From contig JYFJ02000726.1 of the NCBI GenBank assembly GCA_000934665.2, forward strand, positions 1 through 64,000: a stretch of DNA of 64,000 bases, in the 5' to 3' direction. The first letter of the stretch is position 1. Every line of letters starts with the position of its first letter. Positions 51,101-64,000 of the stretch are shown in pieces. The position numbers were made by a program, and so were the translations under genes. Under the pieces are notes generated by a model. That model had not been told where the DNA came from and ran no database searches. It saw only the letters and a list, made by a program, of their open reading frames with translations. This DNA comes from Catajapyx aquilonaris (taxonomy: Eukaryota).

Positions 51101-54100
51101 AATATTTGAATATTTTGCTTATACGCAGTGGAAACTTGGCTTTAAAAAAATACCACAGAATAAACAAGTCATCCTCAAGCATCCTGCACACTGTAATGAA
51201 CAAGTTTCGCTGCATCCACGATAACTTTTAAACTAATTTAATTCCATCCATTATTGAAATTGTGACCTGGGTCCTCTCACCCTTTTTTAAAAAGAGGCCC
51301 TGTCAACAATCGTCCCCATTACTCTCCCACGTCCCGACTTCACAAGCACCCGGGTCGATCCCATGCCCAAGTCGACACACGCTCGCCATGTAACTGCAAA
51401 ATTCCCTGGAAGTGAAAAATAGCGAGTGGAGGAGAGGGGGTGGTAGGGGATGGTAAGGGGGGGGGTAATCCCAGGAGCACTTTCCATCCGCCTGGATCGT
51501 CATGGACGAAGGGGAAAAAGGAGAGCCCCCTGCAATTGACTTCGCCTCCGTTCACTTTCACCCTACCAGCTCAAGACAAGATCAACGGGGATCTGGAATA
51601 ATTGGCTCGAAGAGAATGCCTCCAGAGAAGAAGCGGCAGGTCCCTCCCAATAAATGAATTGAGAAATATTGTGTTGCGACATGAATATGATGCAACTGGG
51701 TGGTCCCAATACTCCAGAAAAGCAACAACTAACGATTTTTGATGATGAGAACAATCCATTATAAAGAACTGGAGCAGTGTACCAGCACGTATATTGGCTT
51801 CAATATCAGAGCAGCTAGCGTTGAAATGAAACAAGGTACTGCACCGTCCTGGGTTGGATATCTCGATCCAGCAAGCGGATAATTGCATTCGACTGCTTCA
51901 CCCCCGCGGCAAGAGAAAATGCACAAACATGACTTCAGCAGAATAATCATTACGACTGAAAATCCTCTCTTGCATGCAGCTACCTCGTAATTGGTTCCAT
52001 TATATGGCAATGAAAGTTTTTTGAGCATCAAATTGTAAAGTGGTTCTATTTAAAAAAATTAACAGTATTATGTAAATAGCATTTTTCCTGATAGATATCG
52101 AGTCAATATACATTTTTTCAAAAAATTATTAATGTTAGATGGATGTGTCTACAAGTAACCGCACATTTTGAAGCCCAATAAGACAATTTACACCCAAACG
52201 CAATTATAGGCCTTCTGAATATTAACCTCCACGTAATTTATCCTACCACAACTGACAGGCTGACAGGAGGAAGTGGTTATTCCAAAATGCGAGGGGTGCA
52301 TATTTACGAAGGTTGGGGAGCCCACAGGATGGTATTAAAGGGCATATGATGAAGTGTGAAGGAAGCTGAAGTCCACACTTCCCAAACTCAGATGAACATG
52401 GCAGGGAACTGGTAGAAATGATATCCATTTCCACCATTGAGCCTGAACAAGTACTGTGCCTGATATTGCTCAGTACATCGTGTACATGTTTACACCCCAT
52501 TGCGACATAAATCCGCGAGAAAATTTTATTCCAGCGTTTCCTGTGAGCCCGAGAGAGAATCTAAACTGTCAAAAAGGATATGCTGTGGCTGCAGCAGCTT
52601 GACACATGCCAACATTTTGGATGTACGACTCCCATTTTGGCCTTGTTTTGCCTTAAAATCGCAAAAAGCTTCCGTTGTTTTGGGGGGTGGCCTGTACATA
52701 GTAACGAACGTAACTAGGGCCAACGACCCCCAGGGCAACCGGTGTCAACAACCTCAAGTATCGAGGGTCAACAACCAGTTCCAAACAGTCAGAGACCCGG
52801 TGACCACTGACCGGACTGGACGTATATAAAAAAACCCTCCTGCAGTCCCAATGTCCCAAGAGGCACCGACACCCAAGATGGGTCCTAAGTCCCCTCCTAA
52901 GGCCCACCGTAGCTCCAAGGGCACATTGGCAGCGAAGGCAGCAGCCGCCTTGAGCCTGACAGCAGCAACCAGCCAGATCCCGGACATCAGCGTCAACCCA
53001 TCGCCTCCTCAGAACCAGCAGACGCAGGGCCGTCGGGTGCAATACCGACGTATCCTCCTGAATGCCATCGCCCACCAGAGGGGTCGTCAAGGATGCCTCC
53101 TGAAGGACATCACCAGCTACATGTCCAGCCAGATCGAGCAGGGGCCAAGCAAGTCTGAGGTGTTGAAGGGACTGTGTATGGCGCTGAAACGGGCCGAGAA
53201 CGACGGCATGGTGGTGTCCACGAAGAAAGGCACGTACCGGCTGACCACCAGCGGAAAGAGGACCGCAAAGGCAGTGGAGATCGGCGCAACCGGTAAGGGA
53301 AGGGGTACCCTGAGGGAGTCCACCCTGGAGCTGATCGAGCGCCGCAGACGCCGCCGTCGCAGGGGCGGAAGGAAGAAGGGCCGCAAGGGACGCAAGGGAC
53401 GTCGCAGGCGCCGCCGCGGAAGGAGGGGACGTCGCGGACGTGGACGCAAGCGAAGCCGCAGGGGCCGCACAGCCCGCAGCAGCCGCAAGACGCGCTGAAG
53501 CTGAGCAGCAGACCACGACGAGGTCACCGCAGTCCATCGGAGGTCGACCGCCCAAACCGAACCAAAAATGTACATTACGTTCGGAACATATCCAAAATTG
53601 TATGTAAGCAGTCGCAATGAAAACAAGTACAAAATGTAATAAAAACAATTATAACCGACATGCGTTCTATTCCTAACAATGGTCGGTCCTGCGGCCATTT
53701 GTTTGTTTACCAGGTGTTCGGGTGGCGATGGCAACTTTGTTGGGTGGGGACGACCGGTTGTTTACTTTGCCCATTTGTATGGAATTCTTCAGAATTCTCA
53801 ATAATGGGATCTCATGGAGATGTCCTCATACAACAATAAGAGTGAACATTGTCAACAGTGTCAACAAAAATGTATGGTATAGTGTGTCGATAAGGCATAA
53901 TTATTTAGTTTGGAGTAACACCTTTGTGGAAAAAAAATTACCACACACAATTCTTTCACACAAGTCCAAACGACCCGCACGTGGTCATAAAAGATAGTTC
54001 AAGTGCGCTGAGCAGGTCAAAGAATCCACAACGGCATTTGGAGTAAACAAGATCATTATTTTCTGCTTGGCGAACTTGCAAATGTGCCCTGCAGCTTTCC

Positions 54101-57100
54101 CCGGTCCCCAACTCAGCAGCGGTGCGATCATATTTGCAGAGAATATCACTCCCTCCAGAGTACCTGGTGGCCTCCCAAAAGCTCTTCCAGGGGAATCTGG
54201 GGCTAGATATCATTTTCTGCATGCAGGAGTACATCCCATTCACAGAGGCCAACAAAGCCTCCCCCTGTACCCATTCAAGTGTCCGTAATCCACCATTTTG
54301 CGGCACTTTTAGCCGGTGTTACAAAGTTGCTAAACAATAGATGCGCACACTGGATATTGACCACTACAGGACTGAACATCACTGTGTGAGCTTGTCGGTT
54401 ATTATGGAAAACCGGTCCGTACTCTATGCATTATGCATGTGAATAGCTTCCTCCCACACATACATACACAAGTATATGTACCCCCAACTGGTTTATTCTC
54501 TTCAAAACTGACGTCTGGAGTCAACAATCCGCAGCTTCTTCCCCTTGTCCATGACACTGATCAACACCAGCTATCTCTTGGCTGCCAGGATGTGACAGCT
54601 CCCCCAGAAGCCACCGGACTTTCCGAAGAGGTCAACAGTGACTGCCGCCATAAATCCGATTATGGCCAAAATCCCCAACACATTTTTCTAGGTCGCTATT
54701 CAAGTATGGTCAAGCTGGTCCACCCTAGGCCATTTTTCACCGTATTGTTCAGCATGGACAGACATGTGAAAGCCTGTTTCGCCAGCTGCTACTCAACACA
54801 CGGTCCACAGAACGCATTCTTCGACTTCTGCACATTTATTCTAATTACATATCAGAGCCCGACTCTCAAAGAAAATCCATTTTTTTTTTTCTTCTCAGTA
54901 GTATACCATTCGTTTTCCGCTCCAACGAACCTTCACTCAGCAAATTGGTAGCCTCTTAACACTAAGAAAAACTAGATTGTAGGCGGAGTCCTCTAAAACG
55001 TACGTCTGACTTAAGCAATGGGAATGTGAAAGTTGAGGGGGCTATAATGCTGATAGTAGCCACACCCTTGTAATAAATGGCCGAATAGCTATTTAAAATA
55101 TATATCTCCTAATAGGCTTATTCTCTCCATCGGATGTTTGTCCGACCTGATAGCATCGCTATCGACCTGAAGGTGGCAGGAGTGTGCAGATGGATTAAGC
55201 GCCATCTATACGTGACGAATAATACTGAGTGGTAAATCGGCCGGCCATCTCATCACTGTCATACTGATTATTATCAATTTTGCAGAATTTTGGCAATGGG
55301 TTCACTACACTGTAAACCTCAAAACATTAAATGAGCATCACTGGTGCTATTTTAATGTTTTGTGGTTTACAGTGTAGTAATATGGCCCTAAGGTTTCAAC
55401 CCTTGTTACAACCTTGTTTAATTGCCAAAACAGTGTGAATAGCTCACATTTTATAACATTTGTCCATTCTTTGCCCCCCAGTCATACCATGCGTGGACCT
55501 CCCAAAATTATGGCCAGACCCAGCTTTTCGATTTCACTGGGGGGAAAAAAAAGGGTGGTCCTGTCACAAAGCGAGAGCTCATTTTGTGCATTACTCAACT
55601 GTCCCATTCATTACACACTTGGCTGCCGACAAAAGGGCATGCTGAGCCAGCTCATGCCCCTGCCAGAACTCCAGGGACGTCCCCCCCCCCCCCCAAAAAA
55701 GGGAGGTGTATTCACCTGCCTTGAATTTTTTGGGAGGACGGATACAGGACAGGAGTCATTTCCTGCACACAAAACACCTCATTCATATATGGAAGAATGT
55801 ATAGAAAAACCTTATATGTTTACTGGATATAATCCGCAAGGGCATTGACACCTATGCGTTGGTGCATGCGAACCAATTCATTGCACCCACAGTTTTCCCA
55901 CACATAAAAAACCCACACTTCACACTGTAAAGAATTCATCCTGGTAGAGTCATGCACCCTGCAGGTACATGAAGCACCACATTAATTGGGCCAGACAATT
56001 TATGATTTTCAAACACAGCCATCAGAGCCGGCATGTGTACTGCTGCAAAGTAAAGGTTCGTAAAGCACCGCTGCTCTTAGAATTCTATGCTGTGCTGGCA
56101 TCTGATGAAATATGAATGAGGCTAGAATAACGTTGGTATTGATTGTGATACCAGTGCCATGCAGCCAAGAGGCATCCCCCAAAAGAGCAAACGGAACGTG
56201 CAAAAAATCACATGCTGTGTGAAGTGTGGTGGAAGAGGGGGGGAAAAAATGTGTGACATTTTCTCTCACAATATTTCCTGTTCGTTGAGTAAGGGTAATT
56301 AGGCATAATGTGTGCAATTTCTCATTACTGGTTTTGATGGCCTGCGCATCCCACTGTCTCCCACTGCAATTATTCAGATGCCACTGATTTTCATCTTAAT
56401 ATGAGTTACCCTCCTTTTGCAAAATCTGGGACGAGAAGTCCCGTGTTCCCGTTAGCACTTCACATCGGCTAATGAGCATTCTTCAAGCCTGTCAAGCACA
56501 TGGCTTGCAAGTGTGCTGTCATGCATTATTTGCAGTGAGTATCTTAATGACTCTATAACAGGAGGGATGATAAATTTATTTCTTAACAAACCGTGCCAGA
56601 ATATGCTCATAATAAAATTTCCAGATGTCGATAATATCAGACATGCTCTGTACAGTTATGTATGCAACAACTCCTACGCTAAGATACTGTATGTGTCCCA
56701 GTTCCCCCTGTTGCATTACCATACCTGTTTCCATATCTATTATCCCAAAATCTGATTAACTCTGCTGCCACACACACTGGCAGGCATGCAGCAAGTATCA
56801 GACCACATAACCTATGCATCCTCCTGCATAATGAAACCACAACCCCCGTTGCCATCATTATGCAGCCTATCAGTTTCATCAGGCAAGGTGGTAGCAAATG
56901 ACATGGATGGAAGACAATAGGCAAAAGTTGTGCGTACAACACCCGGTGGCCCCGAGGCACCTTCTCTGAATAAACCCCAACAGGGCATTAGTCTAACGAG
57001 ACTGTCACAGGTGAGCTTATTGATTACTTGCAGTGTACTGACACGGTAGCAGCTACACACTTTGAGTACTTGTATGCTACCAGTGGTTCCTCGAGGTACA

Positions 57101-57978
57101 CCAAAAATTATGAAGGCACCCCTTTACATTCAGTATAACAGGGGGGTTGGATCTTAAATTTTTTGTCCACATGCAAAGTTTTCACTCCACAGACTTTCAT
57201 CCGGAGTGCAAATTGCTGACTTGGAGTGCTTAATTTTTAATTATTGGATTTAGCCGTGTTGAAAAAAACAGGACCAACTGGAGTGCAACATTTGCACTCC
57301 AGGGCTCAAGTCTGCAGTGCTATAAATAATTTTGAAGTGCAAATTGCACCTTTGCATCCATATAATTTTGACGCCTGGTATTCTTGTGAATACTTCATAG
57401 TGAAAAGCAAAATAGCAAATAGAGTTACATTACACTTCAACAATATTATGACGTACGGTAATTATAAAATATTCCCATTCATACGCAGGTTTATTTTTAC
57501 AAGTTTTAATTGAGTTAGCGGCTCTCGTCATCGCTGACTACCCCTTATAGGGAAATGTTGTGATGGTGATGATGATAAAATATTAATAAAACTACACATG
57601 CTAGGAAACTATATGATATTCATTATTTTCACATGCACCGCTGCGATTTACTGAAATTAACATAGAGCGCAGTAATGTGTACACTGCCATTCCGCAGCAA
57701 TCGCCAGACAAGGTAATTTCATCTCATGATCTACTCCCAATAATAACATCAGCTGTCTTTTTTTTCAAGTATGCAATGCAGTACCCATTATTATTACGGT
57801 AATTATTATTCGCTGGTACCCCCCATTCATTTGGGAGAGGCCGTGACCCTCTGACAATTAAGTTTGTACCGACCTGTGGTTTGGTGTCCCTGTCGAGTTG
57901 CAGGTAGTAGAAGAGGGCACATAGTCCGAAGCTGAGAACGAGCATTAACCTCAGATTCCTCCTGAGGACTGGCGCCAT
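36237..57978 (-). CDS. GALNT2: Polypeptide N-acetylgalactosaminyltransferase 2 (pgant2), about 601 aa; exons 57978-57874, 42390-42041, 39450-39352, 39215-39148, 38716-38529, 38138-37963, 37880-37777, 37088-36658, 36593-36477, 36404-36237
   Basis: Type II anchor [68 protein letters not shown] (DxH); [19 protein letters not shown]; ricin-B lectin domain; phases consistent. Confidence 0.95.
41179..41255. repeat. Short element with an 18-bp inverted repeat
   Basis: GCTCAAATTAGCCTCCAA ... TTGGAGGCTAATTTGAGC. Confidence 0.65.
41743..42002. mobile_element. Fold-back MITE, Tc1/mariner-like, copy 2
   Basis: TA-CAGTG...CACTG-TA; internal inverted repeats such as GAGCCGTGCGAGTAAGAA / TTCTTACTCGCACGGCTC; homologous to 11901-12177. 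Confidence 0.8.
45053..45110. repeat. (ATT)n microsatellite
   Basis: Perfect ATT run. Confidence 0.95.
46492..46622. repeat. Minisatellite, about 5.5 units of 24-25 bp
   Basis: Units CTCATTGAGATCGGCTGGTCCGCG and CTCATGGAAGAGCGGCTGGTCCGTG. Confidence 0.9.
50431..50548 (+). mobile_element. Dispersed repeat family, copy B
   Basis: Shares the core with 28061-28246. Confidence 0.7.
52851..53498 (+). CDS. Histone H1-related protamine-like (PL-type) sperm nuclear basic protein, 215 aa, intronless CDS, nested antisense in GALNT2 intron 1
   Basis: Winged-helix pattern [29 protein letters not shown]...[24 protein letters not shown]; last 52 aa contain 30 Arg; TATATAAA at 52823; AATAAA at 53638-53643. 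Confidence 0.82.
   Translation: MSQEAPTPKMGPKSPPKAHRSSKGTLAAKAAAALSLTAATSQIPDISVNPSPPQNQQTQGRRVQYRRILLNAIAHQRGRQGCLLKDITSYMSSQIEQGPSKSEVLKGLCMALKRAENDGMVVSTKKGTYRLTTSGKRTAKAVEIGATGKGRGTLRESTLELIERRRRRRRRGGRKKGRKGRKGRRRRRRGRRGRRGRGRKRSRRGRTARSSRKTR
55121..55310 (-). mobile_element. Dispersed repeat family, copy C (inverted)
   Basis: ATCGGATGTTTGTCCGACCTGATAG...CTGAAGGTGGCAGGAG...GCGCCATCTAT is the reverse complement of the core. Confidence 0.75.
55304..55378. repeat. 75-bp palindrome abutting repeat copy C
   Basis: ACTACACTGTAAACCTCAAAACATTAAA / TTTAATGTTTTGTGGTTTACAGTGTAGT. Confidence 0.75.
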
Positions 57979-58648
57979 GATCTTCTTCTGGTCTGTCGTG
58001 GATGATGATGATGAGGGGGGCTACGAGGAATGGCCCGTGGTGGGACCGACGAGCGAGTGGCCCGCCGGCCGATGTCTCATTCCACCCTGCTCCTCCTGGC
58101 AGGCCCTGGTCACTGCACCACACTGACGGGGCTTGGCCTCTCTCGCTCTCTCTGTGGCCTACTCCTCCATGATCACCACACAGCAGCACTACTCCCAGCA
58201 CAAACAGACACTGGTAGGCACTGGCAGACATTCGCATTGTGACCGCCAGAGTGGCGCTGCAGGTCAGGGAGGTGACTAAAACGTGACGTCATCGCCGCCT
58301 CCTAGTAGTTCATATTTCGGACACCACGGCGCTGGATAGCCATGGTTCAAAAAACTGAAAGGCGCCTAATTGTCAGTAATTAAAATATTTAATGCGGATC
58401 CATCAACAGTACTTATATTTCATTGTCATATGTGCACATGCAATGAGGTTCAATAAATCAGTGCAACACCAGTGTACGTTCCCTCGATTTAATAAAACGT
58501 TCCCAACTGCACTGAGATTTAGATTGGTACATGTACACAAATATCGCTACCCCCAAACAAGTAGTTCTTCAGTCAATCCCAATCGCGCAAGTCACAATCA
58601 CTTCCGAGAGTACAAAACACTTGGCACCGCAGCAGGCGATCCGTCCCC

Positions 58649-61362
58649 TCACCTAAGCTGGTAAGAAAACCTCTCTTCGTTGAGTGTCCTGACTCCGGAT
58701 ATGAGCAGATTGTGTCCTGTTTGTGTCCGGGTTGGATTTTGTAACTCGGCACTTGGATGGCCCATGAATGGATTCCACCTCTGGGGAGATCCGCTTGGGG
58801 GCATCCCGTTGTGACTGTGGGGTGAGAGTGCGGACATGCTGTTGGGTTGGTTGCGTTTGGCCATGGAGAGCAGGAAGGAGGTGTCTCCTATGGGTGGTAA
58901 GGGAGACGCCTGGTGGGCGCCGCTCCAGTCATCTTTAAAGACTTGAACTGTGAGGATGGGCACCAGACCAGACAGCCGATCAACCACGTGGGACAGGACC
59001 AGCTGTTCGTCAGCGTCACGACGTACCCTCACATGCAGGGAGCCAGCCTGAAAGCGAACGCAAATGTAGCGAGTGTCCCAAATGAATGTGTACCCTACTT
59101 TACCAGTTTTCCGCAGGACAATGTCCAGAAGTGTTCCTGTCTGAACTCAAGCACCCCGTCGAGAGTGAGTGTCTCTCTAAGGCACTTGTCCAACTGCCCC
59201 ACTAGATGGCTAGGAGTCGTTTGCAGCAGGATGCGACCCGTGCAAGAGCTCATCGGAAACATGGTTCCGCATGTCACCACCGCCAGAAAGAATCCTGAAA
59301 ATGTGTCTGCTGATGACCAATGGCTGAAAAATAAAGCTGTTGTACACAGTGCACTATGATTATTTTAACATTTAATGATTGAACTCACTAGGAATCTAGG
59401 AGGATTCCCGTGACTATGACAGTGGTGGATCCTGCAAGCGCAATTAACACCACAGGGTGTAACCTTGGTAGCAGGAGTCTGCTGAGGCCAGGGACCAATG
59501 CGCAGAGGCCTCGACTGAGATCTGCAACATGCTCTTGCAGGCACGAAGAGGCAGAGGCACCCACGACTTGTGCCAGAGCACAGTCTGGCTTGCCCATCAC
59601 CACAACCAACAGCTGACAACCGAGTGACACCAACGCACCCACTGTCAGCCTACTCCTGCAATAGTAATGCATGTTTAAGTAATCTGGACACTAATCAGTC
59701 CTTATCACTTGCAACTTTCTAAAATAATTATTAATGTTGCTATACGGAAGCATATAGATGTCAAGTTTTTGTTGGGCGGAAGTCGGAGTGAATTTTACGA
59801 CCCGGAGAAAACAATGCAACTCTCTCATTTTTGATGTAAAATTTTATCATATCTGCCAGCTCTGATGACATTATGTCGTTACTTTCTTTTAGAATGTTCC
59901 CGGCCAAAGGTCACAGCCTTATCACAACACGGCTGCAAATTCTGCATTTTGACTGAGTGTTTACAAGTTGGCTAAAGCAAACATGTTTTTAAACTGATGA
60001 CAACAACTGCTGCTCATATTTGATATAAAGTTGAATCTGGATATAACAGACGTCAAGGCACAGCGGAAATCAGTCTGTTAAAGGCGAATTAAAAAACCAT
60101 ATATGGAAGATTGCCAGGCAGTGGCGTCGCTAGTGTTGTTGTCACCCGGTGCGGCAACTCGTGGTGTCACCCCCCCCCCCCTCCACCCCTTACTCCCGGA
60201 TAAAATGCGCAAAATTTTTTTACAATCTATTGGGTATCACCCCCTTTGAGGGTGTCCCTGTGTCACTCGTGTCACCCGGTGTGGCGGTGCTATTAGCGTA
60301 TTAGGTGATATAAAATTAGGAAATAATTTTGTAACAATCACGTGGGTGTAACCCCCTTTGAGGGTGTCACCCGCACCTGCCTAGCGACGCCACTGTTGCC
60401 AGGACCAGCCTTTCGAGTCTGTTATATCCGGATTCCATGTATTTTATTTATATATTTCATAATGAGGAAGGAGTCCATTGCAGTCATAACGTATGAAAAT
60501 GAATGTGCTCCCTGCAAAGAAAGGACGAAGGCCAACTTACGTGTCGATTGCAGGCTGGGCTACCACCAGTCTCTCCGCAGCCTCCTTGGCCACCATCAGA
60601 GCAGCCAGTTGGGCCAAAATTGTGGAAGCGAACAGTCCTAATACTACAAATCGCTCGTATCCAAACGTGAACACTTGCGAACTCTGAGGATGCTGCTGGT
60701 CCACCCATGCATTCAGCAAGCTCACCAAAATCGTCAGCAGTGTGAAGCATGTGTGGTACGTGCACGCTTGAAGGGCTGCAAAATTCGATAATCAATCTGC
60801 ATTGTTTCACATAACCGCTACCTCGACCGCTACCTCGACCGCAATGTACCTAAGCTATTAGAAGACGAGCTCCACGAAGCCAGTACCAGAGTACAAATTG
60901 AATTTGAGACAAGCATCGCCAGGAGGTAGTTGGACCCGCTAGCCTGAAGCACAACCCTCAGTTCTTTGACCAGCGCGGCCGGGAATTGAAATGCCGCCGC
61001 CTTCTTAGCCAACGGCGACGGCGGGGAATCCATAACCTGCAATTAGACCAGTTGTTAATGTGTCCAACGCACTGACTTGTTGGTCTACTCACGATGCTAA
61101 AGGACTCATCGGTACTGAAGCTTCCTGTGGGTCCACGTAGCCTGAGATCTGCAACACATACCGATCAGTGCAAATGGCAGTACATATATCTGACCAGACT
61201 CTTCATACCTTTAGGTTCAACCTTTGCGTTATCCGGTGCTTGCGGCTGTTGCCTCGTAGTCTGACTGCTGACCTTTGCCTGTGACTGATGCTCCCAGCTG
61301 ATCCCTGGGAGTGCAGGGGCCGCCCCTGATGCCTGGGGCGGTGCCAGACCAAACGCAGCCAT
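58649..61362 (-). CDS. SLC30A6: Zinc transporter 6 (CDF family), about 505 aa; exons 61362-61209, 61148-61093, 61036-60850, 60775-60541, 59655-59389, 59323-59104, 59047-58649; start codon and last codons less certain
   Basis: FTFGYERFVVLGLFASTILAQLAAL..KEAAERL; LQEHVADLSRGLCALVPGLS; ILLQTTPSHLVGQLDKCLRETLTLDGVLEFRQEHFWTL; AGSLHVRVRRDADEQLVLSHV..LTVQVFKDDW; GT-AG junctions in phase. Confidence 0.92.
60119..60395. mobile_element. hAT-type MITE with perfect 15-bp TIRs and 8-bp TSD
   Basis: CAGTGGCGTCGCTAG ... CTAGCGACGCCACTG; TTGCCAGG at 60111-60118 and 60396-60403; subterminal GTGTCACCC repeats. Confidence 0.92.
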
Positions 61363-61786
61363 CCGACCGGGGGAAAAAGGAGTCCTAGTCTGATAGGAAT
61401 AATAAAAACGCCGTATGTCCAGCCGCCATGCCAGGGATACACGTCAGGATCCAACGACGCGTTGGATGGGCGAACAGGCGGCCATCTTTAGAACGAAGCC
61501 ACTCTAAAATGTGGTGGTCTATGAATAGAACGCCCTCTGGCTGGACAAGAGGTTCTCCATCATGTTCATGGTTCATCCCAAGGCTGGCTGGAGATGAGCG
61601 ACAAGATCAAAGTGACCATTAAGAGTAAGTAGGATGTAATTAGCTGAGGTGTGTTATTAACATGGGTTGAACCGCAGAGTGGACTGGGGTGGCTTCGTGG
61701 CGGTGGGTGGCTAATGACGACAGCTGCGGGATATGCCGTATGCCATTCGACGGTTGCTGTCCGGATTGCAAGCTGCCAGGGGATGA

Positions 61787-62743
<957 letters not shown>

Positions 62744-62745
62744 AG

Positions 62746-62928
62746 ATGGATAAAGGCATGAGGAAACTCCCGTCGTGGATTACGGAGAAGGCGAAAGAAG
62801 AGGTGAAGCCAGAGGCACAGAAAGAGTGTGTCCCGGTTAAAGTACGGAAGGTCCAGTATGTGATGAGTCCTGACGAGCTGGGGCAAGCTGCTAGACTAGC
62901 GCTGGAAACTAGTAAGAAGGCTGAGTGA
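62746..62928 (+). CDS. CYREN: CYREN/MRI-like Ku-binding-motif microprotein, 60 aa
   Basis: RKLPSWI fits the APLF-type KBM R-x-L-P-x-W; VQYVMSPDELGQAARLAL resembles the MRI segment TVYCMNEAEIVDVALGIL (recalled, not aligned); AAGATGG start context. Confidence 0.6.
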   Translation: MDKGMRKLPSWITEKAKEEVKPEAQKECVPVKVRKVQYVMSPDELGQAARLALETSKKAE

Positions 62929-64000
62929 TTGTAACTGTGATGGTGAATTACATTCCTGGAAGTTTTAGCAACATATCAATGGTTTGAGAATGTGTGAGGC
63001 AGCTGAACAATTTAAGAAAGTAGCATTATGGCTGTGGAATCAAGGATGTCTTCAATATTGATGTGTCTGTGTGTGAGTTAATTGGCGTTAATGATGCCAA
63101 TGCATGTGATGACAGTGGACAGTTTATAATGTTTATGATTTTTTTACAAGATGTTGCAGATATTAGTTTAATCATTCCAGATAGATACATTGCATGTAAT
63201 TTACATAATTATTATCACTCACACTCTGCTCACACTAGTGCACATATTATAAAAGTTTACACACCACCAGTGTGACCATTATGCGAATCCGTATATTTGT
63301 CATAGTCATCCCATGTGAGTAGAACAGTGTTCAAACTGTCTGAAGAAATGTGTTTTCTCTCGTGTGTATGTGGTTGGTTGCTTATGTGCAAAGCATACTC
63401 AAGAAGTGCATATAAGTGTAATGGAGTAGTGCTAGGATCTAGCGTGAATGCAGATTTACTGGCATTAAATAATGGCTCGTAACAAGGTGCAAGCAGCCAG
63501 CCACATACGAGAACTTGTTCTAAACTGTATTAATTAATGCAGGTAATTAATGTTAGATCCTGGTAAAGGCAGTTTTGTGGGGGAAGACCTTGAAAACCAC
63601 ACATTCGCAGTCCGATTACAGAGGTGTGCCATGCAACGTACTGTAAATACTGCCCACATGCTCAGTTTTTTCCCACCCACTAGGGTCCTTCAATACTCAA
63701 CAAAAGGTATGGGCCATCCATTTTATATGCAAGTTTTAAAGGCACCATATCAATCACTAGTGACTGTTCAAGTTATGAACACTGTGTAATTGTCTTTAAA
63801 TGTACTGATGTGTGCATGTGATCTTCAGTGTTCGGTTGTTGTCATAGCTCAATATCTGGTTTCTGCTATTATTTTCTAATGAGCTGTTAAGGTCAACGAA
63901 GTTATTAGCATCCCATTAAATTTGTCGGAGAAACCAAGCTGTAGATCAGCGTTTCTCAACCTTTATACCCTTGGAAGACATATTCATGTCTCAGGGAACC

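Noticed and set aside
52653..53734. 331-aa and 205-aa minus-strand ORFs
   Set aside because: Antisense shadows of the GC-rich protamine-like CDS
58649..61042. Degenerate transposon suggested by fragmented ORFs
   Set aside because: The fragments splice into an intact SLC30A6
63947..64000. hAT-like terminus CAGCGTTTCTCAACC
   Set aside because: Truncated by the window edge; partner TIR and TSD not visible

Overview
Gene-dense, intron-containing animal genomic DNA, most likely an arthropod (Ets21C- and me31B-like proteins, protostome-type Toll, tRNA-derived SINE). By following GT-AG junctions and codon phase I could assemble spliced models for RBM42 (+), RSPH1 (+), DDX6/me31B (-), a multiple-cysteine-cluster Toll-like receptor (-), Ets21C (-), TRAPPC4 (-), GALNT2/pgant2 (-) and SLC30A6/ZnT6 (-). 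There is also a single-coding-exon FAM89-family gene (+), two identical initiator tRNA-Met genes, one SINE with a 14-bp TSD, several MITEs and fold-backs, and microsatellites. Four hidden elements stand out. (1) A 118-aa neuropeptide-type precursor nested antisense in RBM42 intron 3, carrying two F-x-S-x-G-W-G peptides reminiscent of the GnRH/AKH/corazonin core. (2) A 60-aa CYREN/MRI-like Ku-binding-motif microprotein ORF starting 2 nt after the FAM89 stop (candidate bicistronic mRNA). (3) An intronless histone-H1-fold protein with a protamine-like tail nested antisense in GALNT2 intron 1. (4) A Toll whose TIR domain appears to lack the BB-loop. All homology calls are from recalled motifs; no searches were run.
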